Below, piece after piece: positions 38,625 through 51,475 of a DNA stretch of 64,000 nucleotides. Source of the DNA: Mobula hypostoma (Eukaryota); NCBI RefSeq assembly GCF_963921235.1, contig NC_086108.1, forward strand, positions 47,308,001 to 47,372,000, in the 5' to 3' direction. The position numbers and the translations under genes are program-made. Numbering within the stretch: position 1 is the first letter of the stretch; the number at the start of each line of letters is the position of its first letter. The notes beneath the pieces were generated by a model. That model had not been told where the DNA came from. It worked only from the letters and a program-made list of their open reading frames with translations, and did not search any database.

Positions 38625-40173
38625 TGTCACAATGGCGGGGCATTGGGAGCAAGGGTGGACCCAAATGCAAGACACATCTTGTGAGGTTACTTAGATTTAG
38701 TTTATTTTTCGATACCAGGAGAGCAAGGCAGGAGCAGGAGTAGCGAACTGGACAAGGACTGAGGACTACGACTAGGCTGGGACCAAGGGTCTGGGCTAGG
38801 ACTCGGAATCGACTCCCAGAACTAGAGGAGACATGAAGAGACTAGAGTATGGACTCCGAGCCCGAGACTGGGCAAGGACCCAGTACCTGGATCTTGCCTC
38901 GGGCTCAGACCCCAGAACCAGGCATGGACATAACACGGGCTAAGGAGAGGAGGAACATGGAAAACAGAGCCTCGGTCTCGGGAGAGCAGGTACATGGAAC
39001 CATAGACACATACACAGAACGCAGAGCCGGGACCCCTCCTTGGGTACAGGACATAGGGCCGGGACTCATGACCCTCCCCGGGGCAACGGCAAGATGGCCT
39101 GACTTACCCCATGGAGGCGAGGACAGGACAAGACATGACTCCCCGCGGGGCAACAGCAAGAAGGCCAGACTTATCCCCACGGAGGCGGGGACCAGACAAG
39201 ACAAAACATGACCCCCCCGGAGCAACAGCAAGACAGCCTGACACCCCACGGAGGCGTGGGCAAGACAAGACAAGACCAACACGAATGAACACCAGACAGT
39301 ACCTATCTAGCTCCGGCAATGGAACTAGACCGAAGTGCAGGCGGGGGCTGCAGACGAGGGCTAGAGGCGAGAGGGGCAGAGAAGGGATTCAGACAAGGGA
39401 GTAGGACAGGAATCACAGACCACCAGGGCCAGGACTTGACTCAGAACTGGGAAGCCGCCAGGGAAAGGACTTGACTTGGTGCTTGAATGCCGCTAGGGAC
39501 AGGACTTGACTTGGTGCTTGAATGCCACCAGGGCCCAACTTGACTTGGTGCTTGAATGCCGCCAGGGCCCAACTTGACTTGGTGCTTGAATGCCGCCAGG
39601 GCCAGGACTTGACTTGGTGCTTGAATGCCGCCAGGGCCAGGACTTGACTTGGTGCTTGAATGCCGCCAGGGTCAGGACTTGACTTGGTGCTTGAATGCCG
39701 CCGGAGCAAGGACTTGACTTGGTGCTTGAATGCCGCTGGAGCGAGGACTTGACTTGGAGCCTCCGGGTTGTGGCGAGCTCGCGACTCGGCCCGGAAACAG
39801 TAGACAGCGGTTCTTGATTCCCTCCGGCGGGTTAACTGACAGACCCACCTCGGTGAGGAAACTTTGCAGGCTTGCTTTGGCGAGGTAACTGGACAGGGTT
39901 GCTCCGGTGAGGAGAGGCGAATTACCGGCACTCACTTCCGCAGAGACTAGGCTTGCTCCGGCCGGATGACATCGACACACCGTACCTTGGATGACTTTGC
40001 AGACGCTCCCGCCCCGAACGGCTGAAAGCTGGAGACTATAAACTACCGGTTCAGCCGAATGTTAATTGCCTCTAATCACCAAAGTCGAGGGACACGGGAA
40101 AACAGGGAATCAACGGTCCGGATCATAACATAAACAAACTAAATTTAAAGGGACCCCGATCCGGACCATGACA
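38625..40173 (-). mobile_element. Solo LTR, 1549 bp (Gypsy-type)
   Basis: TGTCA...TGACA termini; perfect 5-bp TSD agagg at 38620-38624 and 40174-40178; AATAAA on the minus strand at 38701-38706; CpG-rich. Confidence 0.9.
39423..39760. repeat. 34-35-bp minisatellite, about 10 units, inside the solo LTR
   Basis: Unit ccagggccaggacttgacttggtgcttgaatgccg in tandem. Confidence 0.95.
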
Positions 40174-42644
40174 AGAGGTTGTTTGGAGTGGTTTTTTGGT
40201 ATATATAGTGCTAAAATGCTGCACATTAAGCTGGTAAAGAGAGTAAAGGGTACTGCCTAACAAGGAGCTTCTGATTCCTGCCAAATCTCACAGTTCCTCC
40301 AGATTCAAGCAGAGGAGAATATGTATAATTTGTATAATTTCAAGCAGAGGAGACTGTATAATTTGCTGAGTCCACGGGAGTCTGCAGTGCAGGTGAGGAG
40401 ATTTGCAGTTTTCCCCAAAGTGCAGGTATCATAGATTACACTCGTGTGGTATTACTCTTCACAGACACCCCCACCCCCACCTCCCTGTGGCAACCTTCTG
40501 TCAGGAGCACCTAGACGTAGCCCCAGAGGGTTTTTGTGGCTCCTTTGCACCAAGTGTCCCTCCTACTGGAACTTCTCTCAATTCATCAGCCTCTTCAGCC
40601 TTCCAATAAGCAAGAACATAAACTTAAAGAATGCTGGTTGTTTATGATATGTTCATTAGATGTGTGCTGACACTGGGAACCACTAGACATGTGAAGGTGA
40701 ATTAAACGCATAAGTGCCTTGGCTGATTTTGCAAGGACCTGTTTTCAACAATAAATGATTACTTGCACATCTGTCTTGGGTTAAATTGCTTTCATGTGCT
40801 TTTTTGTGAAAATCGAATGCCAATGGATTCGTTTATCAGCCTAAGATCTTCAAATGGAGAAATGCAAGGTTCAATGAGCATGATTATCAGATTCTCCTTT
40901 GTGATTGGTCACTGTGTCAAGTTCCAAGCAAATGACTCATAATCTATTATTAGTTCTTGTGGCCGTCAGCATTTAATCTCATGGCTGCGGTCTCGGCAGC
41001 TGGCTCTTCTACTCTCCTTGTGTGTGGAAATTGCAAGGCTTTCCTCATGCAGGAGTGAGCTGCACTGATCAGTGCGGGCAGTGACCAGAAGTTCCAGCCT
41101 GGAGAGGTCAGGAACTAGGATGCCAAGAGTGACTGCTGTGTGCTGACCTTCCAGGGCAGACCAGTTCAGTGAGCTGTATGGGATTGTATTTGAAGTCACA
41201 GCAGATCACAAATCTCACTGAAGCCACAGAGTTTCATGTCAACTGTGGGCCCTATAGTTCTAGGGAAATTTGGTTACTGAAACCTAGTTGCTCTCTGGGT
41301 AAGAAAGCATCTGTGAGTTTTCAGACCAATGAGGTTTAAGTTCACCCAGGAAGAGAAATTGTTATTGACATTACTTGGAAGTATTTATGGCAGAAGAAAG
41401 GTATTCCGCAAAAGAAAATTCTAAAAAGTGAAGAGTCAAATGTCCTGGCCAGTCATCAGGATGTTACTCTTACACCGGGTTAAACTGACTTTTAACAATC
41501 TTGCAGCACTTCTTTTTGAATTGTTGAGAAGTGTTTTTGAAGGGGACATCTCTTTGCAGTGGTGTTAAAGTTCTGCAGGAAACCTGACTCCTTCCTTGCA
41601 TTTGGTGTACAACTCAGCTTCATATAACAGGTTCGGCTGAATGACTCCATTTATAAAATTCCTTTCAGGGAAGGACAACAGTTAACTTGCTGTTTATTAC
41701 ATACAACAGTCACTTGGCTCCTGAAACATTTATTTGGGGGTAAATTCCCCTGAATGGATTTGACATAATTATTTGCAATGTAAGTGAGAAGACTGGAAAC
41801 AGCTGAGAAATTAATATTTTAGTAGTATGTTTTCTCAAAACATTTCTTTCACCAATACATAGAGGAAGGATTTTTGAACAAAAGTTTTTTTTTGGAATTT
41901 CTCCAACCTCCACCCCTTTCCTTCTCCTCTGTTTCACCTCGGCCCCTGAGCTTCTCCTCTATCCCATACCAAGACCAGTAGTGGTTCTGGTCAGTCAGTG
42001 GGTGAGTGTAAAAATGCAGAAGGCTGCAGAAAAAATAAATAGCAAATGATAAATTTCAAGATTAGACAAGCATAAGGGAAAACTCTTGTGCATCCTTCTT
42101 TGGTTCATTGTCACGCCGTTTACCACAAGCTGACATTAAGTGAGGAAATGATGTCACACAGGATGCATGCTTGATCTATCACCCTGGTATTCATGTATTA
42201 ACTGTGTGTAATGGATTATATATAACTACTTAACTTACTTTGCCTAACTACAAGTTACTTACTTATTATCAACAAAAGCTATTCATGCCTCTTCCTGTCA
42301 CAATCAGAATTTCATTTTGTTCTTCTTGATTTGTAGTTAAAGCCCTAACGTTCACCCGCAACACATTGCAAGCTTTTCTCTCCTCTTTTCTTCCTCTGGA
42401 TTCCTACTCAGTTTCTCCAGATTACGTATCATGTCTTGGCCCTCTCTCCTTGATTAGGATGGGAAAACTTGAAATGATCCTTCTACAGACTTGTCCTTTT
42501 TTTTTATTATTAAATGCTTTCTCAGTCTTTAAGAGATCATGATCATGAAGCCATGTCCTAGTGAGTTATATTATATACAACATATCCAGTGTTATCTTCT
42601 GGGTTCTCTTGTTCCATGTGTTCAAAATGAACCCAGGAGATTTC

Positions 42645-42790
42645 AGCATCCCAAACAAAATGTTGGAAGAACTCAGCAGGTCAGGCAGCATCTATGGAGA
42701 GGAATAAACAGTCGATGTTTTGTGCTGAGAGCCTTAACCAGGTCTTGACATGTCAATTGTTTATTCTTCTCCATAGATGCTGCCTGAGAT
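42645..42790. mobile_element. Palindromic Penelope terminal-repeat derivative
   Basis: Arms tcaggcagcatctatggagaggaataaaca / tgtttattcttctccatagatgctgcctga flank a decayed hammerhead. Confidence 0.7.
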
Positions 42791-42878
42791 TTCAGCTTCC
42801 CTCAGAGGTATTCTACTTCTGTTCATCTATGAGCTGATCCTTGATTTTTTTGATTTATTACCAAGTTTGTTTTATGTA

Positions 42879-43385
42879 CAATCATTGGGCACTTTATCAG
42901 GTACAAGAATGGAACCTGGTGTGGTCTTCTGACGCTGTGGGCCATCCTCTTCAAGGTCTGGTGCATTCAGAGATGCTCTTCTGTACATCACTGTTGTAAT
43001 GTGCGGTTATTTGAGTCACTATCAGCTTGAACCAGTCTGGCCATTTACCTTCTCCCTCTCTCATTAGCAACACATTTTCACCCACAGAACTGCAGCTCAC
43101 TGGATCTTTTTTTTTTGTTTTCACACCATTCTCTGTAGAGGCTGTGTCACAGGAAATCAGCAGTCTCTGAGATACTCAGATCACCATGTCTGGCACCAAC
43201 AGTCATTCCATGGGTAAAGTCACTCAGATCACATATCTTCCCCATTCTAATGTTTAGTCTGAAGAACTACTGAATCTCTTGACCATGTCTGCATGCTTTT
43301 ATGCATTGAGTTGCTGCCTGGTGGATTAGATATTTGTATCATCAAGCAGCCATACAGGTGTACCTAATAAAGTGGCCACTGCGTG
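42879..43385. mobile_element. Non-autonomous Tc1/mariner element
   Basis: Terminal inverted repeats caatcattgggcactttatcaggtaca / tgtacctaataaagtggccactgcgtg, flanked by TA on both sides. Confidence 0.8.
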
Positions 43386-44594
43386 TATACAGAAGTTTTA
43401 CAATAGATTTACTGTATGACAATACTGTCATCCTTTATGTAGCTGTTATCCTCTTCTGGAAGCCAGATTTGGTGATCCGCAGGAAGCCAGAGGCTCCGGA
43501 AAAGCATTACATTCTACATGAAATCCCTGTGTTTACAGTAAGTCCCACTTTTGTTTCAGTAACTGACAGACTCTGTTGGCACACAAACAGAAAATACTAA
43601 AGCTTCCTTTATGCTAATCAGAATAACAATGGCACATGGAGTGTGCGAGGGAGTGTCTATTTATGCTACCCAGTGCTAGAAATGGGTGATTACTGCGTAT
43701 GTCTAAGCACATTTAGTATCACTCAGTCATTTTCCACTGAATGAAGATAAATATCAGCTCTTTTCTATCACGGTTAAACAGTAGCCGGTCTTTAGAAAAA
43801 GAGCATGATGTTGGCTTTGACCAGTCCTTAGAGAAAATTATGTCTCTCTGACGATGAGTTACTCATTCTCAACTTATGACAGACTTCTGGTCTTTGACTT
43901 ATCCACAAATGGGAACAGCCCCCAAAATCCACTCCTACCCCTGGTGCTCATAAAATATGAATTTCTATAACATCAACACTCAACCTTCTACATTCCAGTG
44001 AAATAAACCAGCCTATGCAATCTCTCCTTATAATACAGACCTCCATTCCAGGCAACATCCTGGTAAGTCTCTTTAGCACACCTTTTCTCCAATGACCCAG
44101 AATTGAGCACACTAATCAACTTTTATAAAGGGTCAACATCACTTCCCTGCTTTCGTACTTTATGCCAAGATGGAAAAATCCCTAAATTGTGCATGCCTTA
44201 TTAACTACTTTCTTAACTGACCTTGCCACTTTCACTGATTTCTATACACACACACCTTCACTCTCTTCATGGACCCTATTAGAAAAGCCTTTATTCTGCT
44301 GCCTCTCCATATTCTGCTGACCAAGATGTATCCACCTCACACTTCTGCACATTAAACTTCACCTGCCATGCCAGCATTCTACCATACTGTATATACCCTG
44401 CTGCAGACTTTCATTACCCTCTTTGTAGTTCCTGATACTGCCAAGCTTTGTGTCATTCACAAATATTGAAACAGTGGCTGGCACCTCCAAAACTAACTTT
44501 TTAACAAAGATCAAAAAGACAGCAATGAACTCCCCATCAGTGACCCCTGGCAAAAATCCCTATTCGCCTTTGTCATCTGACGAACAGATGTTGC

Positions 44595-46102
44595 ATAAGA
44601 TGATAAGACCACTTGATACAGGAGCAGACTTAGGCCAATTGGCCCATCTCATCTGCTCCACCGTTCCATCGTAGTTGATTCATTACCCTGCTCAAACCCA
44701 GTCTCCTGCCATATCCCCATAACCTTTGACACTCTTACTAATCAAGAACCTATCAACCTCTACTTTAAATATACCCAACGACCTGGCCTCCACAGCTGTC
44801 TGCGGCAATGAATTCCACAGATTCACCACCCTCTGGCTAAAGAAGTTCTTCCTCAACTCTGTTCTAAGTGGGCCCTCTGGTCCTAGATTCCCACACTATA
44901 GGAAACAACTTCCACACATCTACTCTATCTAGCCCTTTAAATATTTGATATGTTTCAATGAAGACTCCCCACCACCACCCCCATTCTTCTAAATTCCAGT
45001 AAGTACAGGCCCAGAGGCATCAAATGCTCCTCGTATATTAACCTTTCCACTTTTGGAATCGTTCTTGTGAACCTCCTCTGGACCATCTCCAGTGCCAGCA
45101 CATCCTTTCTTGGATAAGGGGGTCAAAACCGTTCATAGTACTCCAAATGTGGTCTGACAGATGCCTTATTAAGTTTCAGCATTACTTCCTTGCTTTTATA
45201 TTCTTGTTCTCTCGAAATGAATGCTAACATTGCATTAGCCTTTCTTATAAGTAACTCAGCCTGCAAGTTAGCCTTTAGGGCAGCCCACACAAGGGCTCCC
45301 AAGTCCCTTTGCACTTCTAATTTTTGAATTGTCTCTCCATTTAGAAGATGGTCTATGCCTTTACTCCTTCAACCAACATGCATGATCATACAATTCCCTA
45401 CACTACCTTTCATCTGCCACTTCTTTGCCTATTCTACCAATCTGTCTCAGCCTTTCTGCAGACCCTATACTTCTCAGCACTATCTAACTGCTCCTCCGCC
45501 TATCTTTGTACTGTCCACAAACATGGCCACAAAGCCATTAATTCCATCATCCAAATCATTGACATATGAGAAAAAGCAGTCCAAATATTGACCTGTGTGG
45601 AACACCACCAGTCACTAGCAGTCAACCCGAAAAGGCCCCCTTTTTTCTCACTCCTTGCCCCCTGCCGCTTAGCCAGTCTTCTACCACATCAGCATCTTTC
45701 CTGTAGCATCATGGGTTTTTATCTTGTTAAGCAGCCTCTTGTCAAAGGCCTTCTGAAAATCCAAGTAAACAACATCTATTGACTCTACTTTGTCAATCTT
45801 GCCAGTTATTTCCTCAAATGATTCCGACAGGTTTCTCATGTAAGATTTCCCCTTAAGGAAACACACTGACTTTGGCGTATTTTATCATGTGTCCCCAAGT
45901 ACCTTGAAACCTCATCCTTAATAATGGACTCCAACATCTTCCCAACCACTACGGTCAGGCTTAATGGCCAATAATTTCTTTTTTTTACTGTTTCCCTCCC
46001 TTCTTAAAGTATGGAATGACATTTGCAATTTTCCAGTCTTCTGGAACTATTCCAGAATCTAATGATTCTTGAAAGATCATTACTAATGCCTCCACAACCT
46101 CT
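44595..46102 (-). mobile_element. CR1 LINE RT/3' portion, decayed
   Basis: DVVYLDFQKAFDK, KANAMLAFISR, VRPHLEY, QRVVNLWNSLPQ; multiple stops. Confidence 0.9.
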
Positions 46103-46114
46103 TCGCCTTAGAAG

Positions 46115-46662
46115 GTGCATCAAGGCCTGGTATGGGAACACCAATGGCCTTGAACAAAAAACCCTACAAAAAAGTAGTGGCTACAACCATCAGAGGTAAA
46201 TCACCGCTGAGGACATTTACAAGAAGCGCTGTCGTAGGAAAGCAGATTCCATCATCAGAGACTCTCACCATCAAGGCTCTCTCTCTCTTCACTGCAGTTA
46301 TCAGGAACCTCAAGTCCCACACCACCAGGTTCAGGAATAGTTATTAGCCCTCAACCATCAGGCTCTGGAAGCAGAGGGGATATCTTCACTCACCCCAACA
46401 CTGAAATGATTCCACAATCTATGGACACACTCTTGAGGACTCATGTTCTTGATATTTGTTGCTTAGTTATTTATTTTTTTTTTGTATTTGAGCAGCTTGT
46501 TGTCTTTTGCACATTGGTTGTTTGTACGTCCCAATGGTGTCCAGTTTTTCATTGACTCTATTGTGTTTCTTTGTAATTCTGTGAATGCCTGCAAGTAAAT
46601 ACATCTTCCAGGTTGTATATGAAGTATATGCACTTTGACAATAAATTTACTTTGAACTTTGA
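46115..46662 (+). mobile_element. Rex/Babar-like LINE 3' fragment
   Basis: SHTTRFRNSY motif; 3' UTR ending aataaatttactttgaactttga. Confidence 0.7.
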
Positions 46663-47606
46663 ACCATTCACTATGACTTTTTGTTGCCTTACATGGACAA
46701 CCATGTATCTATGTCTCTTTAACTCCTTTATAGGTCCTCTGCAGGTTACAGTCCTTAAACCGTTTGTTACTGGAACAGATTGCAAGTCAGAGAATTTGCA
46801 CATTAATTGTTTGTTAATCTTTGTCTGATTATGTATAGATCTTTGTAAGTCCTAACATATTTTTTTCCTGTAAACACCTACAAGAAAATGAATCTCACGG
46901 TAGTATATGGTAACATATACATACTTTGATAATAAATTTACTTTGATCTTTGAAGAAACTAACAGAAACAGTGTATGGGAGAGGACCACATACACAGCTG
47001 TAACGGGAGAGAGAGCAGGCACAGGAAGAGTGGCCTCCAGCCCGCCTCACTGACTCAGTGAGTGAGCAAGTTCGAATGTTGCGGCTCGGTGAAGAGGGGA
47101 GAGTTGGGAGGATAAAGCATGTGGACGTGCCCTGATTCTATTGGACAGAAAACGTCTGCAGCTACATCCCTTCGCACTCTAAAATGATCATCGTATGTAA
47201 GGCCTACAAGTCTGCCACTGGTAATCTGGTGAGGATCTATACTCCCCATGTGCCTCGTTAACAAAAGCCTTCCGGAAGTCCATGTACATACATTACACTA
47301 ACTACATTTCCCACATCAACTCTATCCTTTGCATCATCTAAAAAGGCTTTCAGATTATTTAATCTCAATTGTCCTGAACAGACCTATTGCTGATTTGCCT
47401 TAATTAATCCATTTCCTCGAGGTGACGATTAATCCTATCCCAGATCAATGTTTCATAAAGCTTTCCCACAACTGGTTTTAAACAGACTGGCCTATAGTTG
47501 TCTGGCTTATCTCCACTCTGTTTTTGAAGAAGGGAGTAACATTTGCTACTCTTGTGAAAATTCAACCCCCTGAAGATCATAAACTAGAATTTCATGAGAA
47601 CCTCTC

Positions 47607-50363
47607 TGTTGTGTCTTCAATATTTCAGTAATACTTGAGTAATATTGTAAATATATTGTTTGAGTAAGCATTCTTTATTGTTTAAATAATTCATTATGCA
47701 TTATATGTAAAAATAAATTGCATACATCATGACACTAACACTTGATACACGTGTGCCTCGCTTAAAGTAAAAACAAAGTACACACGTTTATTTTCCAGCT
47801 CCTTGTTTTGCTTTCAATTAGTTTTAATGTTTCGGAGTTATAAAACATAACGGTGGCAACAAGGAAGTTTCAAATGAACCCGAGACAGCTACCTACTCCT
47901 AGCAGTGAGGAGTTCAAGCAAAAAAACACAGCAAGAAAGGTTTGAGTAAAAAAACAGCACAGCATGTGCTTCTTTGGGAAAGACAGAGATTATTGAGTTA
48001 AAAGATGGAAGAAAACAGAAGAATTCACGGGTTCATAAACAGTGAGTACAGGTGATGATCATTATTAAAAAAGAACAGAAATGGCTGGCTATATCAGAAA
48101 GATTTACTCACTTGATTACACAACAGGTAACTCGCTCATGTATACTGAACTGACTGGATACTGAATATTTTGAAACAAATGAAATAGCCAATGAGAAGTG
48201 AGTGCCAATTTTGCTGAGTGTTTTGGGTTTAAAGGCATGCAGTTTGCTTTGAAAATCAGCTGCCAAAATAACCTTTACTGATATCACAAAAGTAATACAG
48301 AAACATTTAGAACCAAAACCATTGTTGATGCCAGAATGCTTTAGGTTTCATAAGCAGAATCAAAAGGAAGGGGAGTCCACTTCATCTTACCTGGATGAAT
48401 TAAGGAAATTGTCTGAGCATTTCCAGTTCAGTGATGGGCTTAATGATGCACAGACAGACTGTTTACTTTGTGGAATCTTACAAGAATATATCCTTACAAG
48501 GAACAGCAGACAGGGACACAATTGAGTTGCAGTCAGGAATGAAAGTAAGCATAATCAAAATTGCAATGTCTAAACAGAAACCAGCCTGGCCGAACAAATT
48601 GTTTTGCAATTGTAGTAGTGGCTCGCACACACACCAGACCAATGCAGATTTAAAGACAAAATTTGTAGAAAATGCAACAAAGTAGGACACATTCAAAGAG
48701 CATGTTGGGTAGACAGAAATAAATGGACTGCCCTGGGAAGAGATAAAAATTAAAAGTCAAGTTGTAGTTTTAAAAAAAAGAGCACCAATCTGCATGCTAT
48801 TGATGAAAATCTGATAATAATGAGAGTGACACAGGATTGTGTAGCCTTGAGATTTACAATGTGACAACTAGCAATAAACAAGCAATACGGTTTACACCAG
48901 AAGTAAATGACAAATTGATTAAAAAATGGATTTGGACACTGGCTCGCCTGCTTCAGGCATTCCACAAAATGAGTCTGAGTGGTACTTCAAAGATACTTTA
49001 CTGAAGTCTGCAGACATCCAACTAAGAACACACTGGAGAAGAGGTAACTCCTGTGGGAATGACATTTGTAGCAATGAAATACAACAACTAACAGGACACA
49101 TGGAGCTTGTGTGTGGTAAAAACAGGAGGGCCAGCACTGTGGGGATGTGGTTGTCTGAGACAACCACAACTTGTTTGGAGAGCCATTCGCCAGATGCATG
49201 CCACAACCCCTGCGATAGAGTCAACTGTAAGTGGGTTAGGAAAGATACTGGATGATGCCACACCCGTGCTCAAAGGCAGAATTGGGAAACTCAGAAAATC
49301 AGGGGTAAAACAGTGTAAATGAAAATGTGGTACCCAAGTTTTGAAAAGCCCATTCCATTCCTTATCCCATCAGTGAGCTAAATCACACGGGGACTGAAGG
49401 AATTCTTTCCAAGGTTAAGTGGAGACCATGGACAATGCTGGTGGTTCCAGCAGCCAAGAGGGATGGGTCTGACAGGATCTGTGGTGACTTTAAGGTCAAC
49501 ATCAAGCCAGTACTGAAAGTAGATCAATACCCTCCACTCAAGATAAAGGGTATCTTTGCAAACCTTTCTGGAGAGAAACAGTTCAGCAAAGTGGACTTAG
49601 CTGAGGCCTACCCACAGATGGAAATGGAAGAAGATTCCAAAGTGTTTCTCACCATAAACACTCACAAAAAGCTTTATCTCTGTAATAGTAACACACACAA
49701 AATGTTGGAGGAACTCAGCAGCATCTATGGAAAAGAGTACAGGCAACATTTTGGAGCGAGACCCTTTGGCAGGACTGGAGTAAAAAAGATGAGGAGTCAG
49801 AGTAAGAGGGTGGGGGGAGGGGAGAGAGGAAACTGGGAAGGGGGGAGTAGTGAAGTAAAGAGTTAGGAAGTTGATTGGTGAAAGCTGGAGAATGCCAAGG
49901 AAGAAACAAAAAGGGGGGAGGAACATTGGAGGGAGACGATGGGCAGGCAGGGACATAGATGAGACTGGGTTGCTGCCTGGCCTGCTGAGTTCCTCCAGCA
50001 TTTTGTGTGTGTTACTTGGATTTCCAACATCTGTAGATTTTCACTTGATTGTGATTGAATCACTATAATAGGCTTATTTTTGGAGTGGCATTCTGGCAGA
50101 TAGCTATGGATTAGGTGGTTCAAGGCCGTCCGGGTAGTCAATGTTATCTGAATAACATCATTGTTACTGTTAAGGATGACAAGGAACATCTCCAAAATTG
50201 TAAGACAGTGTTAAAAAGATTAGAAGATTATGGGTTTAGAGCACAATGCAACGTGTGAATTCTTTAAACCAAGCATCACCTACTGTGGTCACACCATTGA
50301 TGCACAAGGTTCTTTGTTTCGCTTTCAAATAGACTTAATGTTTAGGAGTTACAAAACAAAACA
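47607..50363 (+). mobile_element. Gypsy LTR retrotransposon, decayed, internally deleted
   Basis: 5' LTR about 47607-47852, PBS-like tggcaacaagg, gag remnants (FRFHKQNQKEGES), protease-like DLDTGS, RT RICGDFKV..DQYPP..FSKVDLAEAY; jumps near 50310 into the last ~55 bp of the 3' LTR; near-TSD ctctc/ctatc; Penelope repeat inserted at about 49690-50045. Confidence 0.85.
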
Positions 50364-50679
50364 CTATCTGTGATCCAAATGAGCTTATTTCTTTTTGTTT
50401 TGTAATTGTGAATTAGTATTACTCTCGTCATTGGGGATTGCCAGACCCACTTTAAACTGTTTAATAATGCTACCCATCTTTGTTAAAATGCGTTATTACT
50501 GAGTATCTTGTAACGTGGTAGCGGTTAATACATAGTGAGAAGCAGAGACTGAACAGTTTCAGGGTTGTTGCAAAGTCCCTTGTAGGATCATTGCCTAGTT
50601 TCATGGGCATGTTCCCAGAAATATTATACAAGTCTGGTATTGGCAAGGAGAAAAAGTCAGCACTCTAAATAGGTGTGAA

Positions 50680-51275
50680 TTTTTGAAGAGCTGTGATGCA
50701 ATGCTGAGGCTTAATAAGGCATTAGTCAGACCGTATTTGGAATATTGTGAGCAATTTTGGTCCCCTTAACTTTGAAAGGATGTGCTGGCATTGGAGATGG
50801 CCCAGAGGAGGTTCACGAGAAAATGATCCCAAGAATGAAAGGGTTAATGAGGAGCATTTGATGGCTCTAGGCCTGCACTCACTAGAGCTCAGAGAGAGGG
50901 GATTTCACTAAAATCTGAAAGGCCTAGATAGAGTGGATGCAGAGAGGATGTTTTCTATAGTAGGGGAGCCTAGGACCAGAGAGCACAGCCTCAGAATAGG
51001 ACGTCCCTTTAGAACAAAGATGAAGAAAAATGTATTTAACCAGAGAGTAGTGAATCTGTGGAATTCATTACCACAGATAGCTGTGGAGGCTAAGTCATTG
51101 GGTGTATTTAAGGCTGTGGTTGATAGGTTCTTGATTAGTAAGGGTCTCAAAATACGGGGAGACCCAGAAGAATGGGGTTGAGAGGGGTAATAAGTCGACC
51201 ATGATGGAATGATGGAGCAAACTTGATGGGTCAAACAGCCTAATCCTGCTTCTATGTCTGATGGCCTTAAGATCT
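50680..51275 (+). mobile_element. CR1 LINE 3' fragment
   Basis: LVRPYLEYCEQFWSP, TREHSLRI, NQRVVNLWNSLPQ. Confidence 0.85.
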
Positions 51276-51314
51276 TATAAATGTAACAGATTCAAGCGTA
51301 CAAGATGCGAGAGA

Positions 51315-51475
51315 TTTTGCAGATGCTCGGAATTTTGAGTTAGACAGCCGCTGTGTTGGAGGAATTTAGCAGGTCAGGCAGTATGTATGGAGGGAAATGC
51401 ACAGTCAACACAAAGAGTCTTTTCCCTCCATAGATGCTGTCTGACCTGCTGAGCTCCTCCAGCAATTTGAGTGCT
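51315..51475. mobile_element. Palindromic Penelope terminal-repeat derivative
   Basis: 44-nt inverted arms 51354-51397 / 51421-51464 (37 of 44 complementary), 23-nt loop. Confidence 0.75.

Noticed and set aside
39423..39760. 35-bp repeat array resembling a CRISPR array
   Set aside because: Units are directly adjacent with no unique spacers, there are no cas genes, and it lies inside a vertebrate LTR; it is a minisatellite.
39413..39980. 172-aa and 102-aa ORFs with repeated AAFKHQVKS
   Set aside because: By-products of the GC-rich minisatellite; the 35-bp unit does not preserve frame.
41560..41650. Minus-strand peptide LLYEAEL resembling human NIBAN1 exon 3 (ILYEAEL)
   Set aside because: No extension or convincing splice sites; the true exon 3 is at 63439-63570.
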